The translations under genes were made by a program, and so were the position numbers. Below, piece by piece: positions 42,899 to 53,500 of a DNA stretch of 64,000 nucleotides (positions within the stretch are counted from its first letter, which is position 1; each line of letters starts with the position of its first letter). The notes beneath the pieces were generated by a model, which was given only the letters and a program-made list of their open reading frames with translations, was not told the DNA's origin and made no database searches. Source of the DNA: a virus (Duplodnaviria > Caudoviricetes); the IMG/VR virus record IMGVR_UViG_3300014208_000026, positions 96,001 to 160,000 of that record. One strand, given 5' to 3'.

Positions 42899-43438
42899 TC
42901 AGCTTTCCAACAGCCGGTCGTACTCGGCCCACATGGCATCGCACACGCCAACGCTGTGGTAGGCGAGGTAGAAGGTTTTCCGCTCCTTGCGGTACATGTG
43001 GAACAGGCTACCGCGGTCCTGGAGGGTGGACCGGATGTTGGCAATGCGATCTGCCAGCTTCACCCTCATTCCGATTGGTACCGCGTCCCACTCTTCGTCA
43101 CTTAGAGGTGCTCTTTCATCTCGTTCTTCCCAAGCGGCGATGTCGCGGATAACAGCGGCATAGGTATCCCTTTTCCGCAGACGCCTGTTCGGCCCGAGTT
43201 CGTCCGTGGCAAACAGGACGGCACGGGCGACTGCGCTGCCGAAGATTCCCAGGAGAGTCGAGAATTCGGTTTTGGTGTCCTCCAGTACGTCGTGAAGGTA
43301 CGCCGCTGCTAGGGTCTCGTCGTCCGTGTACCCGAACTCCTTCAGCACCCCCACCACGCCATCCAGGTGGACAACGTAGGGCTCCGTGCCATATTTCTGA
43401 TCGCCGTGGGCTTTGATCGCAAACTCTCTCGCGTCCAT
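42899..43438 (-). CDS. HD-domain hydrolase, RelA/SpoT hydrolase (Mesh1/small alarmone hydrolase)-like
   Basis: AHGDQKY...EPYVVH...AAYLHDVLEDT...VKLADRIAN. Confidence 0.88.
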   Translation of the reverse strand: MDAREFAIKAHGDQKYGTEPYVVHLDGVVGVLKEFGYTDDETLAAAYLHDVLEDTKTEFSTLLGIFGSAVARAVLFATDELGPNRRLRKRDTYAAVIRDIAAWEERDERAPLSDEEWDAVPIGMRVKLADRIANIRSTLQDRGSLFHMYRKERKTFYLAYHSVGVCDAMWAEYDRLLES

Positions 43439-43465
43439 TTTCTAGAACCCTCCCTAGTCACTTCC

Positions 43466-43503
43466 CGTATACACCGAACCTGGAAGGAATGAAACTGAAA
43501 TCG
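43466..43503 (-). promoter_or_regulatory. Putative early promoter GATTTCAG-TTTCAT-N17-TATACG
   Basis: One of six conserved copies. Confidence 0.75.
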
Positions 43504-43510
43504 TACGCAG

Positions 43511-43966
43511 TCAATCTCGACAATCGGGGCAGAGGTACAGACTTCCGAGGTGGTCCTGGAGGGCAATCCAAACCTGCCAGCTAGCAGGGCCAGAGCCTGC
43601 AACTACATCGGAAGCCGTCACTTCCATCCACGGAACCCCCAGAGCGTCGAGGTCACCGGCCTTGATGCTGTCGACGGCTTTCTTGTTCCGCACCTCTATG
43701 AGAGCCACGGGGTTCCTGGCTTTGTCGAACAGGCACACGTCAGCTCTCCGTCCGTTGGATAACAGGTACTCGATGAGTACGTCATGGTACTCGGGCAGGA
43801 CTTCGTAGAGGTCGAGGATCTCAGCATCCCCGAAGTCAAACAGGACTTGATTACCGCCCTGACAGCGGACGCAGAACCGTACAACGTCTATAGGTTCCCT
43901 GTTGGACAGAGCCCTGGCTACGATGGCTTTGGCGTTTTGATGGTGGACAGATTCTGTTCGTTTCAA
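43511..43966 (-). CDS. PD-(D/E)XK nuclease-fold protein (CoiA-like)
   Basis: H..AK; EY.L.NGRRADV...LIEVR...WMEV.A; CxxC pairs. Confidence 0.7.
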   Translation of the reverse strand: MKRTESVHHQNAKAIVARALSNREPIDVVRFCVRCQGGNQVLFDFGDAEILDLYEVLPEYHDVLIEYLLSNGRRADVCLFDKARNPVALIEVRNKKAVDSIKAGDLDALGVPWMEVTASDVVAGSGPASWQVWIALQDHLGSLYLCPDCRD

Positions 43967-44003
43967 CGCAGCCTGCGCCTTTGTAGGGCCTCAGGCTATC
44001 ATT

Positions 44004-45170
44004 TTACCGCAGGAGAGTGCCTTCGAGAAAGTGAATCTTGGTTTCCACGTTATTGAGGGGAAACTCAAGGGCAATATCAATTCTGTTCATGTTCAATTGT
44101 GCTTCATTCCGTTTCTGCTCCCAAGTATCCCGCTCCGTGAGCAGTGCCTTACGGACTTCGATCAGGCGATTCCGCTCTGCTATAAGTTCCGCATGGATTT
44201 TGCGGAGAGTCTGTTGGAATGCATCTTTGGTTTCAACAGCTACGCTGAGGACTACGTTGATAGCGGTCTCAGCATCCTGTTTTCCAGGCACGTACCGGTG
44301 CATTTCTTCCAAGGCTTCCGGAGTAGGGATAGGCAACGGGGGAGTCGTGAGAGTCCCCTGCTGAGGCGGCAGTTCTCTGATCTTGGATTTATCGAAGGGG
44401 TCCACTACCTCACTGTCGTATCTCACGCCCTTCGGGACCTGATCAACAATGTAGGTTTTGATTTTGGGTTCTGGGGGTTGCAGTCCCAACCCTGTGTAAA
44501 TGAGTCTGTCCCATTCAGGGTCTTTTTCCGGCTCAGGGACCGACACGTAGTCAGAGCATTCCGGAGCCAGGAGATTCAGGACCGCTTTTTCATCCTTGGT
44601 CTGTCGGGCTTCCATTTTTGGAGGGGGCGTGGGGAGGGGGAACTCCCGAATAGTGCCGTTGGCAAGGTGCCTCAGCATCAGCCAGACACTTCGGGCCAGC
44701 AGCAGAGCCGCTTTGTCCGCGTCCTCGTCCGACTCGTAGTGATCGAATCCAATTCGGGTGCTTTCCACCCAGAGGGATACAGCGGTTTCACTACTGCGAT
44801 GTCCTTGTTCCGGACCTCCGGTCCAAACTTGGATATTGGCGCAACGCCACTTACGGCCTATCTCTCTGGAGGGTGATTCATTGACCGGCAGTTGAGAGGA
44901 AGGAGTAGGCAGGAGGGGCTGAAAAGAATGGCGTCGCACATACTCAGCGAGCCGATCGCAGCAGATATCGTGGACGTTCCTGGCTGCTCGAAGTGCTGCA
45001 GTCTGGTCCGTGAAGTGAACAGTGACCCGTTCCCCTTCCTTGTTGCTGGCCCTGTTGCCGCTGAGGAGTCGGGCGAAGAAAACTTCGAAGCTGTTCTCGT
45101 TTTTCTTGTTGGTTCCCGAGATATACTGAGTCCCGGGGAAAATGTGGCTGTCCCGCGACGAGATGGTCAT
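44004..45170 (-). CDS. Hypothetical protein (up to 388 aa) with C-terminal coiled coil
   Basis: Long ORF filling the gap; start uncertain. Confidence 0.6.
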   Translation of the reverse strand: MTISSRDSHIFPGTQYISGTNKKNENSFEVFFARLLSGNRASNKEGERVTVHFTDQTAALRAARNVHDICCDRLAEYVRRHSFQPLLPTPSSQLPVNESPSREIGRKWRCANIQVWTGGPEQGHRSSETAVSLWVESTRIGFDHYESDEDADKAALLLARSVWLMLRHLANGTIREFPLPTPPPKMEARQTKDEKAVLNLLAPECSDYVSVPEPEKDPEWDRLIYTGLGLQPPEPKIKTYIVDQVPKGVRYDSEVVDPFDKSKIRELPPQQGTLTTPPLPIPTPEALEEMHRYVPGKQDAETAINVVLSVAVETKDAFQQTLRKIHAELIAERNRLIEVRKALLTERDTWEQKRNEAQLNMNRIDIALEFPLNNVETKIHFLEGTLLR

Positions 45171-45267
45171 GGATTTGAACTCCGGCAGATTGTCCGTCCT
45201 CTATATACTCCATTCGGCGGTAAAGCGTCTATAGGTTTCGCTAGACAGGGAGCCAAAGGAAGAAACC

Positions 45268-45591
45268 ATGACTCGCCCCAAGATTTTCGAACATGCCAAG
45301 ACGGCTCTGACTGTTCTCGTGATCCCCCTGTTCGTGTGGGGGGTGGGGTTGGAACGGGAGCGGGCAACTAACCAGCAGATCCTGGTAGATCTGAGGGGCT
45401 CAGTTGAATCACTGACACAGGACCTGAAGGAGTCCAGGGAGAAGTCTGCAGCGAAAATGGCCGAAGGTAGATTAGCAGATCAGGCTATTCGTGAGGACGT
45501 CATTCGACTCGGCGGCAAGCTGGACGCTCTGAAAGAAAGCACCGTGAAGATCGAGGATCTGTTGAAAGAGATCCTGCGGAGAGGGCATTAG
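45268..45591 (+). CDS. Membrane-anchored coiled-coil protein (holin/spanin-like architecture)
   Basis: AAGGA RBS; hydrophobic ALTVLVIPLFVWGVGL followed by heptads. Confidence 0.55.
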   Translation: MTRPKIFEHAKTALTVLVIPLFVWGVGLERERATNQQILVDLRGSVESLTQDLKESREKSAAKMAEGRLADQAIREDVIRLGGKLDALKESTVKIEDLLKEILRRGH

Positions 45592-45593
45592 CC

Positions 45594-45839
45594 ATGCTAT
45601 CTGTAGTTTTGCTCTTCTCATTCCTGTGGTTGGGCCAGTCTGTTCCGGAATGCCCCCAGGGCACTGCCCCCGCTCCTGCTTTGCAGTCGGATCCTTTCGT
45701 GCTCATCCCTGCCGAAGACCCTCCCGCGATGCAGATTCAGCAGGTGGTCCAGGACGCAGATATTCTTCAGCAGAGAGTTGAAATCCTCGAATCCCTCGTG
45801 CGCCAGAATAGAGACCAGCTTGCAAGGCAGGTCCAATGA
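45594..45839 (+). CDS. Small signal-peptide-bearing protein
   Basis: MLSVVLLFSFLWLG, Pro-rich linker, short coiled coil. Confidence 0.55.
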   Translation: MLSVVLLFSFLWLGQSVPECPQGTAPAPALQSDPFVLIPAEDPPAMQIQQVVQDADILQQRVEILESLVRQNRDQLARQVQ

Positions 45840-46051
45840 AAAAGGGCGAACGGGTCTACGAGTATCAAACCCCTGACGGTAAGGTCTTCTGGTCTTACGA
45901 GAGACTCCCGAATATCACGACCAACAACATGCGGCTTATCCTGCAAAGTGTAGTGGGCCAGCACATTAACAATTTCCTCCATGCTGTCAGGCAACGAGGC
46001 GTAGAGATCCGGCAAGCTGAGGAAGCGTCTCTGGAGTCCGAGGCCGAGTAA
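45836..46051 (+). CDS. Hypothetical protein (71 aa)
   Basis: ATGA overlap with the upstream gene. Confidence 0.6.
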   Translation: MKKGERVYEYQTPDGKVFWSYERLPNITTNNMRLILQSVVGQHINNFLHAVRQRGVEIRQAEEASLESEAE

Positions 46052-46118
46052 AAAATCTCCCGTCAGTTCCGATCGGGCCGGTACTATTACCTTCGAACAC
46101 CGCTTTGGAGAAGATTCA

Positions 46119-46478
46119 ATGGCAGACACCACGGACAACGTCGTAGACATGAGCGCCCACAAGGCCAAGGACCCCAGCATCGTTGGCTCCCTGAATGAAG
46201 AGGAGCAGCAGCAGGTAACGTTCCTGAGCCAGCGAGCCCAGGCTCTCACCAATCAGATCGGTGAGATTTCGATTCGACACTCGCGTCTCCTCGGGGCTTT
46301 CGGTGAAGTGGAGCAGCAGGCCCAGCAGACCATGATGGCAGCGGCCAAGCGTCTCGGTGTGCCGGACGGCCGTCAGTTCAACATCCTGCCTTCCGGTGAA
46401 GTGCAGCTCGTGCCGATCAAGGCTCCCGCTCCGCAGCCTCAGCCTGTCCACAAGACCGAAGACGCTCCCACCGTCTAG
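46119..46478 (+). CDS. Coiled-coil hypothetical protein (119 aa)
   Basis: GGAG RBS; strong codon bias. Confidence 0.7.
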   Translation: MADTTDNVVDMSAHKAKDPSIVGSLNEEEQQQVTFLSQRAQALTNQIGEISIRHSRLLGAFGEVEQQAQQTMMAAAKRLGVPDGRQFNILPSGEVQLVPIKAPAPQPQPVHKTEDAPTV

Positions 46479-46507
46479 TTGACACTCCGCCTTTCCCGTG
46501 CTATCTT
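46479..46507 (+). promoter_or_regulatory. Sigma70-like promoter TTGACA-N17-TATCTT with TG extension
   Basis: Perfect -35, 17-nt spacer, TGn-TATCTT. Confidence 0.65.
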
Positions 46508-46526
46508 CCCAAAGTAACAGTCTCAG

Positions 46527-46709
46527 GTGCTCTCGATGCACACCAGCGACAAGTACGACGCAGTTGCGGAGATCCTGCACGAGAAAAGGTTGAATGCTAC
46601 CAGCAACTTCCACAAGACTCTCCTAGGCGTCCTGGAAAGTTGTGTTCGTGAGACTACCCCAGACAAAGAACACGACTACAGGATTCCGGAGCCCTCTCCC
46701 TCCCGCTAG
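46527..46709 (+). CDS. Hypothetical protein (60 aa)
   Basis: Downstream of a sigma70-like promoter; start uncertain. Confidence 0.45.
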   Translation: MLSMHTSDKYDAVAEILHEKRLNATSNFHKTLLGVLESCVRETTPDKEHDYRIPEPSPSR

Positions 46710-46763
46710 TCGTCCTATAGGTTTCGGTTCTATGGGTTACACCTACGGAACCGGAACTATCCA

Positions 46764-48146
46764 ATGGCTCCTCCCAACTGGGCCCCCGCACTTGGCGAAT
46801 ATCCCACCCCGCCCATAAACGGGGCTGTCATGTCCCCCTATATCCAAGGGGCTCAGGATATCCGTTGGGACAATCCCGCCCTGCTGACAAGCAACACCTC
46901 TTTCAACGTCGTCGGCGTGAACATTTATCGCTCGGATGTTTCCGACCGCGGACCCTTTGTACGAATCAACGACGCTCCCGTGGGGGGTTCTTTCTATCGG
47001 GACTACACGGACAACATCCTCGTCTCGAAAGAGATCATCCCCTGGGACACGGGTTGGCAGTTCAAGGGGGACGCTCCAAACAACCGACAGTGGATTTTCT
47101 GGACCCGATATCCCATCGTCAAGCGGGTTACGGACGGACCTTTCCAGACTCCGACGTACGCGAACTCGATTTTCGACGTTTCAGTTACAGTAGACGGCGA
47201 GCCCGCCTATATCCACCAAGTTTACGGTGAAGGGCACCGAGTAGAACTGGTCAATCAGTGGGGGGTGGAGCCTGGGACCGAAGAGTATTTCAGCCCGAAC
47301 CTCCCGACTGCTACGAGTGAAGTTGCGGTCACCTACTACACGAGCCGGAACTTCGTCCGGTCCGGCCTCGACGCCAAGATCACATACCGCCTGACAACCG
47401 TGGCGTTGAACGAAGCCGGTACAGGGTACATTGAGACACCGCTGACGTTTGCCGAGCCTCTCTCCAGTGTTGCTGTCGAGAAGCTTAACTACATTTGGAA
47501 AGAGGCCATCCGCCGGAACTCCTGGATTCGAGATCAGTGTGGGGAGCGGGTGAAGCTGTTCATCCGGAAAATGTCGGGGGTTCGGTGTTTCTGCGGACGT
47601 GCGCCCGAAGAGGTTACGTACGCCGACCAGCCCTCCCAAATGTGTACTGTGTGTTACGGAGCCGGTTGGGTTGGGGGGTATGAAGGGCCTTACGATATCA
47701 TCATCGCTCCAGAGGATGGGCAGAGGGCAATCGCCCAGACCCCTCAGGGTCGTAAGCAGTCTTTGAACTACGAAGTGTGGACCGGTCCCTCCCCTCTGGT
47801 TACGCAGCGAGACTTGATCGTGAAGCAAACCAACGAGAGGTATTCCATCGGGCCTGTGACCCGTCCGTCGAGTCGAGGAAACATCCTGCAGCAGTCGTTC
47901 TCCATTGCTTACCTGGACCAGCAGGATATTCGGTACCGTGTTCCTGTGCCGGATCCTGCTCACCAGACTTTCCCGCAGACACGGTACACACCGAAGCCCG
48001 AGCTTTGGGACAAAGGCGGCTTGGACGGAGATCCTTGGCCGGTCGGCCCGACTGCGGTCAACCCGATGGTGGGGGATAAGGACGGGGTTTCCGTGGATAG
48101 ACAGCAGAGAGGTCGTACTCCTGCCTGGGAAAATGAAACTTGGTAA
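46764..48146 (+). CDS. Putative head-completion/neck protein with FN3-like N-terminus and CxC...CxxC motif
   Basis: VVGVNIYRSD; RCFC...MCTVCYGAGWVGGY; RYSIGPV; in the tail operon. Confidence 0.6.
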   Translation: MAPPNWAPALGEYPTPPINGAVMSPYIQGAQDIRWDNPALLTSNTSFNVVGVNIYRSDVSDRGPFVRINDAPVGGSFYRDYTDNILVSKEIIPWDTGWQFKGDAPNNRQWIFWTRYPIVKRVTDGPFQTPTYANSIFDVSVTVDGEPAYIHQVYGEGHRVELVNQWGVEPGTEEYFSPNLPTATSEVAVTYYTSRNFVRSGLDAKITYRLTTVALNEAGTGYIETPLTFAEPLSSVAVEKLNYIWKEAIRRNSWIRDQCGERVKLFIRKMSGVRCFCGRAPEEVTYADQPSQMCTVCYGAGWVGGYEGPYDIIIAPEDGQRAIAQTPQGRKQSLNYEVWTGPSPLVTQRDLIVKQTNERYSIGPVTRPSSRGNILQQSFSIAYLDQQDIRYRVPVPDPAHQTFPQTRYTPKPELWDKGGLDGDPWPVGPTAVNPMVGDKDGVSVDRQQRGRTPAWENETW

Positions 48147-48156
48147 AGGTTTTTTC

Positions 48157-48708
48157 ATGGCACGATCCGCTTTTCGCGTGAAGTTCACGCCCAAGAGAAA
48201 GGTCTATGGAACCCCCTGGTCCAAGATGGCTGGAGGTGTCGAACTTTCTCTGGAGGTTCTGAACCGTCTCGGGAAAGCCATGGTCAAGGAGATCCGGAAG
48301 GAAGCGAGACGGGCTTTTGCTATGCGAGGGGTTAGTCCTGGAGGCAAAATGGGACTCCCCGCCAGTCACAAGTTCTACGAGTCCATCAACTATCGGATTT
48401 CTGGGAAGCGAACGGTCGAGATCGTTTCGAACTGGCCCTGGATGGATGCTTATCTGGAAGGAAGAGACCCCTATCCCATGACGTGGCTCTCTCAGGAGAA
48501 GGGGGTTACGAAGGTCCCTCTCATCGATAAGTCGGGGGAAGTGATTATCCGGATGGCTCCCTTGCAAGCCAAGGATGCCTGGATTCATCCAGGAGTGGCA
48601 AAGTATTCGTTCATCGAACGAGGGGTGAAGAAGGGCAGGGAGAAGATGGCGGAGATCATTCGGGAAGAGGTCGCTCGATTGCTTCTCGAAGGGGATCCTT
48701 TCAGCTAG
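48157..48708 (+). CDS. Putative tail-completion/neck protein (basic, 183 aa)
   Basis: ESINYRISG...IHPG...FIERGV pattern of neck/gp10-like proteins; position. Confidence 0.55.
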   Translation: MARSAFRVKFTPKRKVYGTPWSKMAGGVELSLEVLNRLGKAMVKEIRKEARRAFAMRGVSPGGKMGLPASHKFYESINYRISGKRTVEIVSNWPWMDAYLEGRDPYPMTWLSQEKGVTKVPLIDKSGEVIIRMAPLQAKDAWIHPGVAKYSFIERGVKKGREKMAEIIREEVARLLLEGDPFS

Positions 48709-48724
48709 AGAGGAATAGATACCC

Positions 48725-49915
48725 ATGTACTTTAAGCTTTCCAAGGCCGTCAAGAACCGAATCATCGAGGAGCTTCGTGCTTTTTGGGGCACGCACCCCG
48801 AGTACGAAGGTATCGCCGAGAACATTCAGGGCAAGTACGCTTTCAAGGAGCGTCCCCAGTACGGAATCATTGTCAAGGTTTCTTCCGCAAACAGACTGGC
48901 CCTCTCGGCAGACAACTACCAGGGGATCGACCGCAGCTACGTGCTTCTGACCAACGTGGGGTTGAAGACAGGTTTGGCGGTCGAGTGGGTCCGTGAGGAT
49001 TCCATCGCGATTCAGAATAACGGGGGCGTGTTCCCCTCCCCTCCTGGTGTCTACTATATTGCGGTCGACGAGAATGACCGATTCAAGTTTTTCGTGGACA
49101 CTCTACTGGACGCTCGGAATGAAGCCCTGGTCATGAGCGATTCCACCACGGGGGTCTTGCAGCAGACTCCTGTGCAGAAGACCCTGCGGTTGACCGAAAT
49201 GCCTTCTCGGTTCGTTTACGAAGAGGATATCAACTACACGGTCGACTACACGACGGGGGAGGTTACGCTTACTGCCCCTCTGACTCACCAGCGCTATCTT
49301 GTAGCGGACTACCGGTATGCGGCTCCTACGAGGGGCCCTTTTACGATTCACCAGGACTACGCGGACCACACAACCATCCCAGGTTGCGTGATTGCATTTG
49401 GGCGTCGGAACCGTGCTGGGGATGTGCAGGCCGTCATGGTGCAGGAGACTAGACTTCCTGCGGCTTTGGAGTATGGCGGACGGTGGGAAATGTCCCTGGA
49501 CCTGGAGATTGTAGCCCGTGACGTTCTGGCCCAAGAAGAACTCACGGATATGACCATGATCTATCTGGATGGGGTGCTCAAAAGCAGACTGTCTTTCGAG
49601 GGGATAGAGATCACGGAGATTTCCGGAGGGGGAGAGTCTGAAGAACCTTATGACGACACGGGGGACGACTACTACTTTGGTGCGACCATCGGGCTCACGA
49701 TCCAGACCGATTGGTCTATTGCGGTGCCTCTGGCAACGTATCTTCAGCAGATCACTCCCACGACTTCTGTCCAGGCCCGACAGATTGCGGGGATGACTGA
49801 CGATGAGTTGACGGGGGTTGTGGGGAATATCCAGCTTGTCGAAAGCTTGGGGCTGAGGGCTGTACGGGATCCTTTCTTCCTGAATCGGACGGGTTCTTAC
49901 GCCTGTCTGCGGTAA
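48725..49915 (+). CDS. Putative tail terminator/tail-completion protein (396 aa)
   Basis: GAGGA RBS; KERPQYGIIV...LDLEIVARD...EELTD; position before the sheath. Confidence 0.55.
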   Translation: MYFKLSKAVKNRIIEELRAFWGTHPEYEGIAENIQGKYAFKERPQYGIIVKVSSANRLALSADNYQGIDRSYVLLTNVGLKTGLAVEWVREDSIAIQNNGGVFPSPPGVYYIAVDENDRFKFFVDTLLDARNEALVMSDSTTGVLQQTPVQKTLRLTEMPSRFVYEEDINYTVDYTTGEVTLTAPLTHQRYLVADYRYAAPTRGPFTIHQDYADHTTIPGCVIAFGRRNRAGDVQAVMVQETRLPAALEYGGRWEMSLDLEIVARDVLAQEELTDMTMIYLDGVLKSRLSFEGIEITEISGGGESEEPYDDTGDDYYFGATIGLTIQTDWSIAVPLATYLQQITPTTSVQARQIAGMTDDELTGVVGNIQLVESLGLRAVRDPFFLNRTGSYACLR

Positions 49916-49956
49916 TCGGTCTATATCCTCCTCACTAATAGGGGAGGTACCCAATC

Positions 49957-50406
49957 GTGCCCATCTACGACTACCAGTGCTCCTGCGGGAAACAGTTCGA
50001 GAAGTCCGTCCGCTTTGCGGATAAGGACACCCCTCAGGAATGCCTCTGCGGAAAGAAAGTTCCTCGGGTTGGAGTGCCTGACACGGTAGCTTTCACGTTC
50101 AACCAGAAGACCTCCGGTATGGCTCCGCAGAACACGGGGGTTTCTTCTTTTGACGCCAACGCGGACAGGATCATCGGGACGGACGCCAAAGAGAAGTGGG
50201 CTCTCATCACCAAGAGGGTGAGGGACAAGCGGACCATTCTCCGTGACAACCCTGATGTGACTCCGGATCATATCACCCGATTGCCTGACGGGCACTATTC
50301 CCTTCAACCAGAACCTGAACGTCGGTCTCGGGCAGTTCTCAATAATGAGGCTATTGAAGCACTAAGAGTGAAGAGGGGCGCGACCTCTCCGACAACCTCC
50401 CGATAG
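49957..50406 (+). CDS. FmdB-family zinc-ribbon protein
   Basis: MPIYDYQCSCGKQFE...ECLCG; GGGAGG RBS; CTAT-N13-ATAG promoter variant at 49921. Confidence 0.8.
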   Translation: MPIYDYQCSCGKQFEKSVRFADKDTPQECLCGKKVPRVGVPDTVAFTFNQKTSGMAPQNTGVSSFDANADRIIGTDAKEKWALITKRVRDKRTILRDNPDVTPDHITRLPDGHYSLQPEPERRSRAVLNNEAIEALRVKRGATSPTTSR

Positions 50407-50522
50407 GGAGGACAGATAGATTCCCTAATGAAAACATGTTGTGCTGTTTGCGTTCCTCCTTCGGGAGGCCAGATGAAAATGGACGTGAGGTAATTGAACA
50501 ACTCTGTTGAGAGAGGTACAAA

Positions 50523-53500
50523 ATGGGTTTCCCCGGCAAGCAGTACGCGCCCCCTGGTGTCTACACTGAGACCACCACCGAGAATCCGGTCAGTGCGGTT
50601 CTCACGGGACTGAAGCTCCCCGTTTTCATGGGTGAGGGTAACGAGAACCTTGTGCAGACGGCACTTGAGGTTGTTCGTGGTTCTTCCGCTTCTGTGGACC
50701 AGCAGGTCGTGCAGGAGGACATGGACGGGCGTGCCGTGGTTTCGATCTCCGGTACTGGAGTCGTGACGCTCGGTGCTTTCGACGGTGTTCTGGACCGTAT
50801 CCAGGTTCGTAATTTCCCGCTGGTGTCCGGAGACGGCACTGGGGTTACGACCAACAGCCGCAACGCTGTGACGGTCACGATCAACCAACAGCCGATCGTC
50901 ATTCGGGCGGTTACTGGCGTCAATGGTGTCATCCAACTGGCCCAGGCTCCTGCTCTCGGCGATGTTGTAAGGGTTACTTACTTCTTCGACCGCACCGACA
51001 CTCTGACGACGGACACCGTCTCGGGTCAGGTTACAACGGACCCCGCGACGATCTATGGTGTGGTTGGTGTTGCGGACGTCGATGTGGGCGGGACTGAGAC
51101 TTTCGATTTCCTTTCGACGAACAACCAGTTGGTCCTGACGGTTGACCGCGAAGTGCAGACCACGATCACGATTCCGGTTGGGTCGTACTCGGCTCGGATG
51201 GTTGGGATCATCCTCGATTCTGCTGGTGTTGGTACTCTGACAGCTACTCGTTACGAAGACAACTTCGGTAAGTCGGCGGTTGTGCTTGTAGCGGACAATG
51301 ATATCACCATCGGGGCTGGCTCCGCCAATGCTGTACTCGGTCTCGTGGCAGGCCAGACCACGGCTCGTAACCGTACCTTCTATACCTACAACGGCCCCAT
51401 CGTCGACGGTTCCAACGGTGGTGTGACTACGACCGACCCGGGGACGGTGACGGTTCGTGTGGACGGCACTGCTGTAGTCCCCACGTCGGTGGACGGTTCC
51501 AGTAGGGCTGTGACTCTCCCCTACGCTCCGGCATCGGGTTCTACTGTCACGGTTACCTACTACTTCAATACGTGGCAGGACACTTTCGATTACCTCGCCC
51601 ACATTGGGGTTACGGACGTGACCCGTTGCGGTATCACGGCGGACCGCTCGGACTTCGTCGAGGGCGCTGACTTTGTGCTTCATGACGACAAGATCGTGTG
51701 GGGTACGGCTGCTCTCGTGGATGCTGGGACTACGGTATCGGGTTCCGGTTCCTTCGGATCGAACCAAATCACGCCGACCCTCGTGGACGTGCGGGCTTAT
51801 CTGGAGACCTGCAATACGGTCGTGGATACTTCGGTCACTCCCTCTGTGGTCAGCAAGCGAGTGTTCCAGCTTCCGTACCAGCCCACTACAGGTAACGGTC
51901 GCTCCACCCCGCTGGGTTCGAGCCTGTTCCAGTCGGTGTCGAATAACCGCATTGGTCTTCCGACTGATCGCCCTGACCTTGTGCTGGCTTACTGGGGTTA
52001 CAGCGTCCAGGATGCTCTGTCCCGAGGTGCCGTGACGGTAGTGAAGGTCGATTCGACGAACTCGACTTTCACGCTGGCTTCGGATGTGCCTCCGGATGCT
52101 AACGTCTACGCCACGTTCTACTACAACACGATCACGGACGCGACCTACACGATGACGTGTGTGACCCCCGGGGCCTCTGGTATCGGTACTTACACGGTTC
52201 AGGATTCCGCGGGTGATGACGTCTACGGTCTGACTTACAACACGGGTAGTAAGGGTTCCTCGCTGACGGGTATTGCCATTCAGTTCCCTTCGGGTTCTGA
52301 GTACACTCCGGATTTCAGGTTCGAGAGTGGGAGCCAGGGTCCGGTTGAAGAGGCAATTACCGTCCGGTTCGCCGCAACTCAGGACAAGCTGGCCAAGTAC
52401 GCTACTCCGGGTTACGGGCCTTACTACCCGATCTCGGGGGCTTCGGATCACGTGGGCCTTACGGTTGACGCCGCAGCCTACAATGTGGATCTTTCCACTC
52501 CTTCGGGGATTGCTGCAACGGGCGGTGGTTTCTTCGCCACCCTCGTCGGTGAAGAGGTCGTCTATACAGGTGGCGGGACAGCGGGTATCGTCGGTAGGAA
52601 CTTTGAGTTGGATGCCAACGAAGAGTTCAACCTGAAACTCGACGGGGTGACTTATACTGCGTCGTTCCCGATGAAGGCTGCTGCGACCCGTACGGTTGCG
52701 GACATGGCGTCTTACATCAACCGTGCAGTGGTTGGTGAGACAGGGGCTGCTCAGGCTGGTGGAGCAGCATCTATTACTCTGGCTTCCACGGCGAGTGATG
52801 TGGATGACTACTACGTAGGTTGGACGGTTTTCGTTAAAGCCGGTCCTGCGAACCACGACGTGCGAATCATCACCGCTTATAACGGCGGAACGAAAGTCGC
52901 TACGGTAGCTTATAACTTCACGGGCATACCTCTCATTACCAACACTTATACCCTGAGAAACATCAAGAGCGCGATGGGTGTTGCTCAGGCCAATATTGGT
53001 GGGTTGTCGACCGTTACTTTGGACACTTCGGCCAGTGCGGTAAATGACTACTACGTGGGATGGAAAATCTTTGTGACTACGGCTCTTGGAGTCTACTACG
53101 ACGAGAAGACCGTCACAGACTACGATGGGGCTACGAAGGTAGCTACGGTGAGTTCGGCTTATGGAGTACTTCCTGCTGCTACAGACCTCTACTACCTGTA
53201 TGATTTGACTCCCGTTCGTGCTAAGTACACCGCGGCAGGGCATTTTACTGGTAGCTACACCGTAGCTCTCGCTTCCGGTTTCCACACCCTTCGTTTCACC
53301 TATACCGGCTTCCCGACTACAGCAGCGAACGTCGTTGCTACCATTGCGGATGGGACTTACACGCCTTCCGCCCTTGCCGCAGCGGTAGGGGACGCCATCA
53401 ACAAGGCTTTGAGAGCCCATGCCAGTTTTGCTCTGGATCCGCCTCCGACTGTGGACGTTACGCTCAATGGTTCGGGTCAGTTGGAGTTCGCTTTCACCAA

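Noticed and set aside
45229-46735. CTATAGGTTTCG at ~45229 and ~46715 as late promoters
   Set aside because: They share CTAT but lack the GTAG half at 12-13 nt; could be a variant class, but two copies are not enough to call.
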